A stretch of DNA of 32,000 bases from Candidatus Nitrospira inopinata (GCF_001458695.1 NZ_LN885086.1:1980001-2012000), one strand, 5' to 3'. Shown: positions 20,806-29,275, counted from the stretch's first letter. Numbers and translations: made by a program. The notes: generated by a model from the sequence alone, not told the origin.

Positions 20806-21468
20806 TCAGACGATCATCCCGTCCTGCATGTGAATGATGCGATCGGCCTGAGCCGAGAGTTTGTCGTTGTGCGTCACGATCACGAACGTGGTGCCTCCGG
20901 CTTTGTTCAAATCCCGCATCAGGCGGAAGAGGGCGTCGCCTGTGTGGGAGTCCAAATTGCCGGTCGGTTCGTCGGCCAGGACCAGATCCGGTTTCTGCAT
21001 CAACGCCCGCGCGATGGCGACGCGCTGTTGCTCGCCGCCGGAGAGTTCACCCGGTTTGTGATGCAACCGGTGGCCGAGCCCCACCGCGTCGAGCAGCGCC
21101 TTGGCGTCGGATTCGACGGAGGCGGCGTCGCGCCGTTGGACGAGAGCCGGCATGCAGGCGTTTTCGAGAGCGGTGAACTCCGGCAACAAGTGGTGAAATT
21201 GAAAGACGAAGCCGATCCGCTTGTTGCGGAAATCCGCCTGCCGGGCCTCCGTCATTTGAAACAGGTCCTGGCCGTCGAATATTACGGTGCCGCTGCTCGG
21301 TTTGTCGAGCGTGCCGAGGATGTGCAGCAACGTGCTCTTGCCGGCCCCCGACGCGCCGATGATCGCGATCAGCTCGCCGCGCCGGATTTCCAGATTGATC
21401 CCCTTGAGCACCGACACTTCGTAGGCTCCCATGGAGAACGATTTGTAGAGATCAACGACCTTGATCAT
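20806..21468 (-). CDS. lolD: Lipoprotein-releasing system ATP-binding protein LolD
   Basis: Walker A GASGAGKST, signature LSGGEQQR, Walker B LVLADEPT. The true start is MIKVVDLYKSF at 21468, overlapping the lolC/E stop by 4 bp. The 371-aa track ORF is an artefactual upstream extension. Confidence 0.9.
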   Translation of the reverse strand: MIKVVDLYKSFSMGAYEVSVLKGINLEIRRGELIAIIGASGAGKSTLLHILGTLDKPSSGTVIFDGQDLFQMTEARQADFRNKRIGFVFQFHHLLPEFTALENACMPALVQRRDAASVESDAKALLDAVGLGHRLHHKPGELSGGEQQRVAIARALMQKPDLVLADEPTGNLDSHTGDALFRLMRDLNKAGGTTFVIVTHNDKLSAQADRIIHMQDGMIV

Positions 21469-22742
21469 TCGTACCGCAGAGCCGCGACCGGCTCGAGCTT
21501 GGCGGCCTGGTTGGCCGGATGGACCGTCGCGGCGAAGCTGATGAGGAGAGCGGACCCCGCGACGAGCAACACGTCCTCGGCCAGCACGTGCACGGGAATC
21601 TTTGAAATGTAATACACGGTCGGATCGAACGTCCAAAACGTTTGGATCAACCACAAAAAGGTATAGCCCAGCGGGATGCCGATGGTCGTGCCGGCCAACC
21701 CGATGATCAGGCCGTTCAACATGAAAATGCGCCTGATGCTGCGTCTGGTCGCGCCCATCGCCTTGAGAATCGCGATCTCCTTCTGCTTTTCGGTCACGAT
21801 CATGGTGAGCGTGCTGACGATGTTGAACGAGGCCACGATCGTAATCAGCACCAACAGCAAAAACATCATGGTTTTTTCGAGCTTGAGGGCGGAGAAGAGA
21901 TTGCGGTTCATCTGCATCCAATCCCGCGCGCCATGGCTGAAGCCCAGCTCCCGCTCGATCTCACGGGCGATCTCATCGGCGCGGAAGACGTCCGCCACCT
22001 TGACTTCGATGCCGGACACGCTTGCGCCCATGTTGAAGAACTTCTGCGCCTCGCCGAGCTCGATGTAAGCGAGCGAGGAATCGTACTCGTACATGCCGGA
22101 CTGAAAGAGCCCCACGACGGCGAAGGTGCGGATCTTCGGCACCATGCCCATGGCGTTGACCGGGCCGACCGGCGAGACGACGTTCAGGACGTCTCCCGGA
22201 AAGACGCCGAGTCGCATCGCCAGTTCTTTGCCGAGAATGATGCCGGGCCGTTCAGCCACGACCGGCTCGCCGAGCGGGTCGTCGGGCGGCGGTTGTCGGA
22301 CCTTGACCGGCGCGAGCAGATCGGTCAGTCGTCCGGACGACATGTTGTTGGCCAATTCGGTGACGCGCGCCTCGCGCTTCGGATCGATCCCCCGCAGGAC
22401 GATGCCCTGCACGGCCGATTGCGAGGTGAGCAGGACCTGACGGAGCACGAACGGCGTCGCCGCGACGACCTCCGGCACCGACTCGATGCGTTCGACGAGG
22501 GGATCGTACTCGCTCATGTTTTCTTTCATGCGTTCCTGCACGATGACGTGGGCCGTGGTGCCCAAGATCTTGGCCTGGATGTCTTCCTTGAATCCCGTCA
22601 TGATGCCGACGGTGCCGATCAAGGCCGCCACGCCCAACGTGATGCCGGCGATCGACACGAAGGTGTTCAGCGAGATCGTCCGGTTGCGGCGTTTGGCGCG
22701 CAGGTAGCGGAGGCCGACGACGACCTCATAGGGCAGGGTCAT
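21465..22742 (-). CDS. lolC: Lipoprotein-releasing system permease, LolC/LolE family
   Basis: MTLPYEVVVGLRYLRAKRRN... N-terminus, a large periplasmic MacB-like domain and a C-terminal FtsX-type TM bundle (KAMGATRRSIRRIF). ATGA overlap with the lysS stop. Confidence 0.9.
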   Translation of the reverse strand: MTLPYEVVVGLRYLRAKRRNRTISLNTFVSIAGITLGVAALIGTVGIMTGFKEDIQAKILGTTAHVIVQERMKENMSEYDPLVERIESVPEVVAATPFVLRQVLLTSQSAVQGIVLRGIDPKREARVTELANNMSSGRLTDLLAPVKVRQPPPDDPLGEPVVAERPGIILGKELAMRLGVFPGDVLNVVSPVGPVNAMGMVPKIRTFAVVGLFQSGMYEYDSSLAYIELGEAQKFFNMGASVSGIEVKVADVFRADEIAREIERELGFSHGARDWMQMNRNLFSALKLEKTMMFLLLVLITIVASFNIVSTLTMIVTEKQKEIAILKAMGATRRSIRRIFMLNGLIIGLAGTTIGIPLGYTFLWLIQTFWTFDPTVYYISKIPVHVLAEDVLLVAGSALLISFAATVHPANQAAKLEPVAALRYE

Positions 22743-24226
22743 GGCTGTCGCTCCGGTCTTAATTGAGGAAACAGCACGACGTCCCGAATGGAAGCCTGGT
22801 CGGTGAAGAGCATGATCAGGCGGTCGATGCCGATCCCTTCGCCGGCGGTCGGGGGCATGCCGAATTCCAGAGCCCGGAGAAAGTCTTCATCGACCAGGTG
22901 GGCTTCTTCGTCTCCGGCGTTGCGTTGCGCGGCTTGCTGCTCGAATCGTTCCCGTTGATCCAAGGGATCGTTCAACTCGGAAAAGGCGTTGGCGATCTCC
23001 CGCCCCGCGATGTAGAGCTCGAACCGGTCGGTGAGAGAAGGGTCGGCGTCCTTGCGCCGGGCCAGGGGCGAGATCTCGATCGGATAATCGGTGATGAACG
23101 TGGGCTGTCGCAGGTTCGGCTCGACGGTTTCTTCGAAGATGTCGTTGACGATCTTGAACAACGGCGCCTGGGGATCGACCGGCACCTTGAGCCGCTTGGC
23201 CGCGGCCAGCGCCTCATCCCGACGCTGAAGGACGGACGGATCAAGGCCGTTCACTTCGCACAGGGCCTGACGGTATGACCAGCGTCTCCAGGGAGGCGTC
23301 AAGTCGATGGTCGCGCCCTGGTAATCGATGACGGTCGTGCCCAGGATCTGTCGGGCCACGGAGGAGAGCAGCTCTTCGGTCAGTACGATCAGGTCTTGAT
23401 AGTCCGCATAGGCGACGTAAAACTCGAGCATCGTGAATTCGGGGTTGTGGATCGTCGAGATGCCCTCGTTCCGAAAGTTGCGGTTGATCTCGAAGACGCG
23501 CGGGAACCCTCCGACGATCAGACGTTTCAAATACAACTCCGGCGCGATTCTCAGATAGAGATCGATGCCGAGGGCATTGTGATGCGTGACAAAGGGCTTG
23601 GCCGCGGCGCCTCCCGGAATCGGGTGCATCATCGGCGTTTCCACCTCGAGAAACCCCCGTTCGATGAGAAAGGACCGGATGGCGGCGATGATGCGGCTTC
23701 TGGTCACGAAGATCTGGTGAATGTGCGGGTTGGCGATCAGGTCCACGTATCGTTGCCGGTAACGGGTTTCCACGTCCGTCAACCCGTGCCATTTTTCGGG
23801 GAGCGGCCGGAGCGCTTTGCTGAGAAACGCCAATTGGCGAACCTCGACCGTGAATTCATCGGTCTTCGTGCGGAACAACAGACCCGAGACGCCGATCCAA
23901 TCTCCCAGGTCGAGTTGCTCGGTGATCAGGGAGGCCTGTTCCGTGAGCAGGTCTTTTTTCAGATAGACTTGAATGCGGTCGGCTCCGTCTTGCAACACGG
24001 CGAACCCGGCCTTTCCGAACCGACGGAGGGCCACGATTCGCCCCGCGATCGTGCAAGAGATCCGCTCCCGTTCGAGAACCTCCTTGGACTTTTCGCCGTG
24101 CAGTTTGATGAGTTGCCCGGCTCGGTCCTTGATTTCAAAACGGCCGCCGTAGGGCGGCACGCCCGCTTGGCGGAGCTGATCCAGTTTTTTGATTCGTTGC
24201 TGCCGTTGTTCGTTCAGTTCATCCAT
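22739..24226 (-). CDS. lysS: Lysine--tRNA ligase (class II)
   Basis: OB-fold N-domain (ISCTIAGRIVALRRFGKAGFAVLQD). Class II motifs (FRNEGIS..HNPEFTMLE; GMPPTAGEGIGIDRLIMLFT). Confidence 0.95.
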   Translation of the reverse strand: MDELNEQRQQRIKKLDQLRQAGVPPYGGRFEIKDRAGQLIKLHGEKSKEVLERERISCTIAGRIVALRRFGKAGFAVLQDGADRIQVYLKKDLLTEQASLITEQLDLGDWIGVSGLLFRTKTDEFTVEVRQLAFLSKALRPLPEKWHGLTDVETRYRQRYVDLIANPHIHQIFVTRSRIIAAIRSFLIERGFLEVETPMMHPIPGGAAAKPFVTHHNALGIDLYLRIAPELYLKRLIVGGFPRVFEINRNFRNEGISTIHNPEFTMLEFYVAYADYQDLIVLTEELLSSVARQILGTTVIDYQGATIDLTPPWRRWSYRQALCEVNGLDPSVLQRRDEALAAAKRLKVPVDPQAPLFKIVNDIFEETVEPNLRQPTFITDYPIEISPLARRKDADPSLTDRFELYIAGREIANAFSELNDPLDQRERFEQQAAQRNAGDEEAHLVDEDFLRALEFGMPPTAGEGIGIDRLIMLFTDQASIRDVVLFPQLRPERQP

Positions 24227-24329
24227 GTGTTCGCGGCGGTTTGTCCATTGGGTTTGCCGACCTGCCGGTTTGATCGCCGACTCCTCGGACGGAGGAGGGC
24301 CGAACCGGGCGGGCGAGAAGAGTTCGTCC

Positions 24330-25479
24330 TTATAGATTGTCGTCCGATTTGCCGGCGACGGGCAGCGGCTCGCTTCCTTTTGAGAGTTGCTTCTTCAAAT
24401 ACGCTTCGATGAACCCGTCGATTTCGCCGTCCATGACGGAAGACACGTCGCCGGTCTCATGGCCGGTCCGGTGGTCTTTGACCATCTGATAGGGCTGGAA
24501 TACGTACGAACGGATCTGACTGCCCCACGCGATGTCTTTCTTTTCGCCGACGATCGCGTTGAATTCCGCCTCCTTCTTTTGCCGCTCCAACTCGAACAGA
24601 CGGGCTTTCAAAATCTTCATCGCGCCGTTCCTGTTCTGAAGCTGGGACCGTTCATTCTGGCATTGCACCACGATGCCGGTCGGCAGGTGCGTGATGCGGA
24701 TCGCCGTCTCGACCTTGTTGACGTTTTGGCCCCCGGCGCCTCCCGAGCGAAAAGTGTCGATCCGCAGGTCTTTTTCCTCGATCGCGACGTCGATGTCCTC
24801 GCTCAGCTCGGGATAGACGAACACCGAGGCGAACGACGTGTGGCGGCGTTTGTTGGCGTCGAAGGGAGAAATGCGCACCAGGCGATGAACGCCAGCCTCC
24901 GCCTTCAAATAGCCGTAGGCGTAAGGACCGGTGATCGAGAGGGTCGCGCTTTTGATGCCGGCCTCCTCGCCGGGCAGGAGATCCAACGTCTCCACCTTGA
25001 ACCGTTTGGTTTCCGCCCACCGCACGTACATGCGCAGCAGCATTTGGGCCCAGTCCTGCGACTCCGTGCCTCCCGCCCCGGGATGAATCTCCAGTAGGGC
25101 GTTGTTGGGATCGAGCTCGCCAGACAGCAGCATCTCCAGCCGCAACGTCGCCACGCGAGGCTCCAGCCGGTTCAACTCTGCGATCAGTTCCTGCTCCAAG
25201 CTCGCGTCCCCGCTTTCCATCGCCAATTCCAGCAGGGCGTTGACGTCTCCCAGCTTGGTTTCAATGTCGCGCCAGGTCGTGAGCTCCTGCTCGATCATCG
25301 CTTTTTTCCGGCTGGCGGCGGACGCGCCGCGGGCGTCGTTCCAGAAGTCGGGCTGGCTCATCCTGGCTTCCAGCTCGTGCAAGTCGGCGGTCATGCGGGC
25401 GAGGTCAAAGATGCCCCCGTAATTCGGAGACTTGCTCTCCGATGGCGCGGACTCGCGTTCGAACTTCGTCGAATAGCAT
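24330..25479 (-). CDS. prfB: Peptide chain release factor 2, expressed through a programmed +1 frameshift
   Basis: Frame 0: ATG 25479..25477, [24 protein letters not shown], then CTT TGA C (CTT 25410-25408, TGA 25407-25405). The +1 frame continues GAC CTC GCC CGC ATG... into the 24330..25394 track ORF. SPF and GGQ motifs are present. RBS AGGAAGG lies upstream of the ATG. Confidence 0.93.
25404..25418 (-). promoter_or_regulatory. RF2 autoregulatory +1 frameshift site (GGGGG-CAT-CTT-TGA-C)
   Basis: Minus strand reads ..ACGGGGGCATCTTTGACCTC... An internal SD-like GGGGG lies 3 nt before the slippery CTT and an in-frame TGA followed by C. This is the same layout I recall for E. coli prfB. Confidence 0.9.
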
Positions 25480-25498
25480 GCTCAATGATCCTTCCTTG

Positions 25499-27121
25499 TT
25501 ATGCCGGCTCGATGACGGAGGTCGTCGGGGCGGGTTCCTCTGTCCGGAAGAAGCCGTACAGCCACAAAATTGCGCAGATTATAGCACAGCCATAGGCAAA
25601 GACATCCCCGTAATAACTGTAAAACGTTCTCGATTGACCGATGGGAATGGTCGCCCGCAACGCCTGCTCCGTGAAGAGAGGGGTTTGGTTCAGGATGCGG
25701 CCGAAGGGGTCGATAAAGCCGGAGATCCCCGTGTTGGCGGAACGGGCGAAGGCCAGGCGATTTTCAATCGAGCGAAAAACGACCATGGAAAAATGTTGCG
25801 CGGGCGCGGACGAGGGACCGAACCACCCGTCATTGGTGATGTTGACCAGGAACTCGGCTCCCTTGACGGAGAATTGTCTCACCAGGTCCGGAAAGATGAC
25901 TTCGTAACAAATCACCGTTCCGAATTTGACCGGTCGCGAGCTCGGCGGCGCGCCGACGGCCAGGGACTTGGGGGTGAACGAGAGCAGGGTCGCGCCGGGC
26001 CCCGGTTCGAAGTCTCCGATGCCTTCAACGAGCTTGTCGAGAAAAAACAAGATGGACGATTTCAGCGGAATATATTCTCCGAAGGGGACCAAATGGTGTT
26101 TGTCGTAGCGCCCCAAGACGGCGCCGTCCGATCCCAACAGATAGGCGCTGTTCAAGAGATAGGGCCTGCGATCGGGATAGAACCGCAAGGCCGGGCTGCC
26201 GAGAAGAATCGGGGCTTGAGCTCGCGCCGCCCATTCGATGACCTGCACCTGATAGTCCGGTTCCCGCTCCAGAATGAACGGCGTGGCCGCTTCCGGCCAG
26301 ACGATCAGGTCGGTTCCGGCCCCCAACCGGCCGGTGAGGCGGTCAAACCGCCGCATCGTTTCGTCTCGGTACTCGGCGTCCCATTTGACCGCTTGATCGA
26401 TGTTGGGCTGGACCACCCCGACGGTGACGGAGGAGGACGATCCCTGGGGTTGCCCACTCGTCATCAGAGAGGCGGAGTAGAGCCACGATGCGACCAGGCA
26501 GGCCGCCGCGATCGTGAGTAATTCCCACGGCAACCTGGCAGGGTGAAATCCACGGAAAAACGGCATCAGCCACAGGATCAGCTCGGCCAAGGCGACGTTG
26601 ACCAAGACGATCAAGAAAGACACTCCATAAACTCCGGTGCGATCCGCGACTTGGATGAGGTCGAGCATCTGATATTGTGAATAACCCAGCAAACACCAGG
26701 GGAGCCCCGAGAGGGCATAGGTGCGGAGCAGCTCCAGCGCGACCCAGAAACACGGAGCGAAGATGATTCCGTATCGAGGAATCAGCTCACGAAGCCACAC
26801 TACGGAAAAACTATACAGCGCGACGTACAATCCGAGATAGGCCGTCAGCAACAGGAGAATGGCATAGCTGATGAGCAACGGCACCTTGCCGTACGTGGTC
26901 ATGGCCGTGACGACCCAGGCCATGATGCCGGTGAAGCCGATGGCGCCGCCGAGCCATCCGATCCAAAACGCGCGTTGTCGCGAACATTGATCGAGGGCGA
27001 TGTGGAGGGGAACAAGGGCGATCCACGCCAGGAGCCCGAGGTCGAATTTGGGAAAGCACAGCGGCAACAACGCGCCGCTCGCGCAGGCGAGGACGATCTG
27101 GCGCGAACGAGCCTGATTCAT
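25499..27121 (-). CDS. lnt: Apolipoprotein N-acyltransferase
   Basis: N-terminal multi-TM region plus a C-terminal CN-hydrolase domain with E/K/C contexts (LIVWPEAA; YDKHHLVPFGEYIP; GTVICYEVIFP). Preferred start ATG 27121 (MNQARSRQIVLA..); the track ORF extends to 27310. Confidence 0.9.
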   Translation of the reverse strand: MNQARSRQIVLACASGALLPLCFPKFDLGLLAWIALVPLHIALDQCSRQRAFWIGWLGGAIGFTGIMAWVVTAMTTYGKVPLLISYAILLLLTAYLGLYVALYSFSVVWLRELIPRYGIIFAPCFWVALELLRTYALSGLPWCLLGYSQYQMLDLIQVADRTGVYGVSFLIVLVNVALAELILWLMPFFRGFHPARLPWELLTIAAACLVASWLYSASLMTSGQPQGSSSSVTVGVVQPNIDQAVKWDAEYRDETMRRFDRLTGRLGAGTDLIVWPEAATPFILEREPDYQVQVIEWAARAQAPILLGSPALRFYPDRRPYLLNSAYLLGSDGAVLGRYDKHHLVPFGEYIPLKSSILFFLDKLVEGIGDFEPGPGATLLSFTPKSLAVGAPPSSRPVKFGTVICYEVIFPDLVRQFSVKGAEFLVNITNDGWFGPSSAPAQHFSMVVFRSIENRLAFARSANTGISGFIDPFGRILNQTPLFTEQALRATIPIGQSRTFYSYYGDVFAYGCAIICAILWLYGFFRTEEPAPTTSVIEPA

Positions 27122-27244
27122 TTGAACGGTACGATAACGAAAGCCCCTGTCACTTGCAAGGGAACCGCGCGAGCGGCAAAAGAAATTTCCCGTGAGTTTT
27201 TCCAGCCTCTGCGGTACGGTGCTCGTGCGGATACGGTGCTCGTG

Positions 27245-27601
27245 ATGGAACGGCGTCAGCATCGGCGGGTGCGGGCTGGTCTTGCAAGCTGGGTGCGGGT
27301 CAACGCCCATGAGGTCAGCGGCAGGGCGGTGGATCTGTCGCTCGGCGGGGCCAAGATTGAAAGCGCATTACCCGTCGATCCCGGCAAGCGAGTGACGGTC
27401 AAACTGATGATCCCGGGCTCGGCTCCCATCGTAATCGAGCAGGCGGAGATCCGTTGGGTTCGCGATCGGACGTTCGGCGTCCGGTTTCTTGAGATCCGGC
27501 AGGGTCAGCGGGACGACCTTGAACGGTTGATCGACGAATATCTCGACGCCGATGAATCCCAAAACGGTTCCGATCGGTCCTATCGCGGACGAGATGTCTG
27601 A
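27245..27601 (+). CDS. Single-domain PilZ protein (putative c-di-GMP receptor)
   Basis: PilZ motifs RRQHRRVR (RxxxR) and DLSLGG (D/NxSxxG), ~118 aa. The track ORF 26975.. overlaps lnt on the opposite strand and is rejected. Confidence 0.75.
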   Translation: MERRQHRRVRAGLASWVRVNAHEVSGRAVDLSLGGAKIESALPVDPGKRVTVKLMIPGSAPIVIEQAEIRWVRDRTFGVRFLEIRQGQRDDLERLIDEYLDADESQNGSDRSYRGRDV

Positions 27602-27721
27602 AGAAACACGTGCCCTGCCCCCGCAGAGGGCGATGGTCCACTCCCTCGAAAACGCAGCGCGTTGAGTCCCTTGCCCTTCCGATCCGTTTCCACCGGGGGT
27701 GGAAACATATACAATGGAACC

Positions 27722-28792
27722 ATGCCGTCTTCTCCGACGTCCTCCAAACGCGGGTGGGGCTCGCGGGTCATGTCGATCCTGGGACTGTTGCTGGCCGGAT
27801 TGACGGCGAGCGTGGCGTCGGTTTCCGCTCAATCGCCACAACCTGCGTCACAGCCTGAGTCGGACCGTGGCGCCTGGCGCTCGGCGGCGCCGATGCTCGC
27901 CAAACGGACGGAGGTGGCGGTTGCGGCGCTGGGCGGAAAGATTTACGTGGTCGGCGGGTTTGAAAAGCCCGGTTTGAGCAACGTGATGAGTTTGTCGATC
28001 ACGCCTTCTCTCGAAGTCTATGATCCGGTGACCGATCGATGGACGGCCAAAACTCCCTTGCCCGTCGGGCTGCACCACGTCGGGATCGGTGTGGCGGGGG
28101 GCCGATTGTACGTCATCGGCGGCTATGCCCGATCCGGCATCAATATCTGGAGCCCGGTGGCGACGGTCTATGCCTATGATCCGACGACCGATCGGTGGGC
28201 CGAGCGAGCCCCGATGCCGACGGCGCGCGGCGCTCTTGCCGTGGCGGAACTGGGAGGGAAACTCTATGCCATCGGCGGCTTCGATCGGAAAGCCAATGTG
28301 GCGGCGGTTGAAGTGTACGATCCCACGCTTGACCGATGGACGGCTCGCGCCCCGCTGCCGACCCCGCGCGATCATCTGGCGACTGCGACGGTCGATGGAA
28401 AAATTTACGCAATAGGCGGGCGAGTCAACGGCGATTACGGCCGGAACCTGGCGGTGGTCGAAATGTACGATCCCCTGGCCGACCGCTGGACCGGAGTCGC
28501 GGATCTTCCGACGGCGCGCAGCGGCATCACCGCCTCGGCGCTCAATGGGATGATCTATGTGTTCGGCGGAGAAGGGTCGTCCGGAACGTTTCGCGAGAAC
28601 GAGGCGTATGACCCGCAGCGCGACAAGTGGCGGCCGATGGCGCCGATGCCGACCGCCCGTCACGGGCTTGGATCGGCGGCGGTCGAGGGGCGCATCTACG
28701 TCATCGGCGGCGGGCCGACGCCCGGAGGCTCGTTCAGCGACGCGAATGAAGTGTTTATTCCATCGTCGGTGGCCGGTTCGAGACCTGATTGA
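27722..28792 (+). CDS. Secreted six-bladed Kelch-repeat beta-propeller protein
   Basis: Signal-like LGLLLAGLTASVASVSAQ. Six repeats of the form GGKIYVVGG / GGRLYVIGG / GGKLYAIGG / DGKIYAIGG / NGMIYVFGG / EGRIYVIGG, each followed by YDP..D.W. Start uncertain (27722 or 27770). Confidence 0.85.
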   Translation: MPSSPTSSKRGWGSRVMSILGLLLAGLTASVASVSAQSPQPASQPESDRGAWRSAAPMLAKRTEVAVAALGGKIYVVGGFEKPGLSNVMSLSITPSLEVYDPVTDRWTAKTPLPVGLHHVGIGVAGGRLYVIGGYARSGINIWSPVATVYAYDPTTDRWAERAPMPTARGALAVAELGGKLYAIGGFDRKANVAAVEVYDPTLDRWTARAPLPTPRDHLATATVDGKIYAIGGRVNGDYGRNLAVVEMYDPLADRWTGVADLPTARSGITASALNGMIYVFGGEGSSGTFRENEAYDPQRDKWRPMAPMPTARHGLGSAAVEGRIYVIGGGPTPGGSFSDANEVFIPSSVAGSRPD

Positions 28793-28898
28793 ACGTTCCC
28801 CGGTTTTCCGAGTCCGCAAGCGAATCCTCTGGAAATAGTTCATGAATCGGCTCCGCGCGTCATCTCCTCATGCGCCATCCGCATAAAAACGAGGTTGC

Positions 28899-28927
28899 TT
28901 GACTCTGCTCGACGTGAAGTCTATGGT
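28899..28927 (+). promoter_or_regulatory. Promoter of the 6S-like RNA (TTGACT-N17-TATGGT)
   Basis: TTGACT at 28899-28904, a 17-nt spacer, then TATGGT at 28922-28927. The predicted start, ~7 nt downstream, coincides with the first base of the RNA closing stem (28935). Confidence 0.5.
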
Positions 28928-28934
28928 ATCCCTT

Positions 28935-29087
28935 GTGGGAGGAGTGAACGCCCCGAGGGAATGTGGATCATGAGGGGATCGAGCGCCGAGGATGGTGTGC
29001 AGGCCCGGCTTGTACCGGGAAGCCTAAAGTCCTCCCAAGATCTCCGTCGTACCTAATCGTCCTCGGTTAGGTGCGTGCTCCTCCCAC
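28935..29087 (+). ncRNA. ssrS: Candidate 6S RNA (~155 nt rod-like RNA with a central bubble)
   Basis: 10-bp closing stem GTGGGAGGAG (28935-44) / CTCCTCCCAC (29078-87). CCGAGG (28953-58) / CCTCGG (29061-66). A 15x15-nt internal bubble (28959-73 / 29046-60). GGGGATC (28974-80) / GATCTCC (29039-45, with a G-U pair only on the + strand). GAGGA (28988-92) / TCCTC (29030-34). Apical CCCGG-CTTGTA-CCGGG (29004-19). The segments GAATGTGG and GGTGTGCAGGCCCGG...CCGGGAAGCCTAAAG resemble my recollection of E. coli 6S (GAAUGUGG; GGUGAGCAUGCUCGG..CCGAGAAGCCUUAAAA). Confidence 0.65.
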
Positions 29088-29252
29088 CCTAAACATGCCG
29101 GCCGATGTCGCCGCGCCGAAGATGCTCACCTCTTGAGAGCTGTTCCTTCTCTCTTTGTCGTCCTCGAATCGGGATGGATTCCCGTCTTGAAGAACAAGAG
29201 GGGGGATGTTTGTCGCGACCGAGCGCCGGTCCTCCGGCAAGGGGTGCGGTTG

Positions 29253-29275
29253 CCTTGAGTCGGTCAAGGATTTTG
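29253..29275 (+). terminator. Terminator-like hairpin plus T-run between the 6S-like RNA and top6B
   Basis: CCTTGA (29253-58), loop GTCGG, TCAAGG (29264-69), followed by ATTTTG. The stem is short and only half GC. Confidence 0.3.

Noticed and set aside
20806-21921. Extended N-termini in the ORF track: lolD as 371 aa (to 21921), lnt as 603 aa (to 27310), pilZ as 208 aa (from 26975), ligA from 9207 and the barrel from 20791.
   Set aside because: The extensions overlap neighbouring genes and consist of low-complexity sequence. Homology-like sequence, signal peptides and 4-bp coupling overlaps all begin at the internal starts I report.
24227-24329. Regulatory leader (T-box or L-box-like) between prfB and lysS, including a CTCCTC..GAGGAG hairpin on the minus strand.
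   Set aside because: A 103-nt gap is far too short for those elements, and the hairpin has no T-run. This is most simply an intercistronic spacer in a prfB-lysS co-transcript, as in E. coli.
27600-27625. parS-like or centromere-like site (GAAACACGTG) after pilZ.
   Set aside because: Only the central CACGTG and one partial arm match the TGTTTCACGTGAAACA palindrome as I recall it. The other arm does not match.
28935-29087. Alternative identities for the structured RNA: SRP (4.5S) RNA, RNase P RNA or tmRNA.
   Set aside because: It lacks the SRP domain IV motif (..GGUCCGGAAGGAAGCAGC..), the RNase P GAGGAAAGUCC core, and a tRNA-like acceptor/T-arm. The rod with a large symmetric bubble, plus the recalled E. 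coli 6S-like stretches, fits 6S better.
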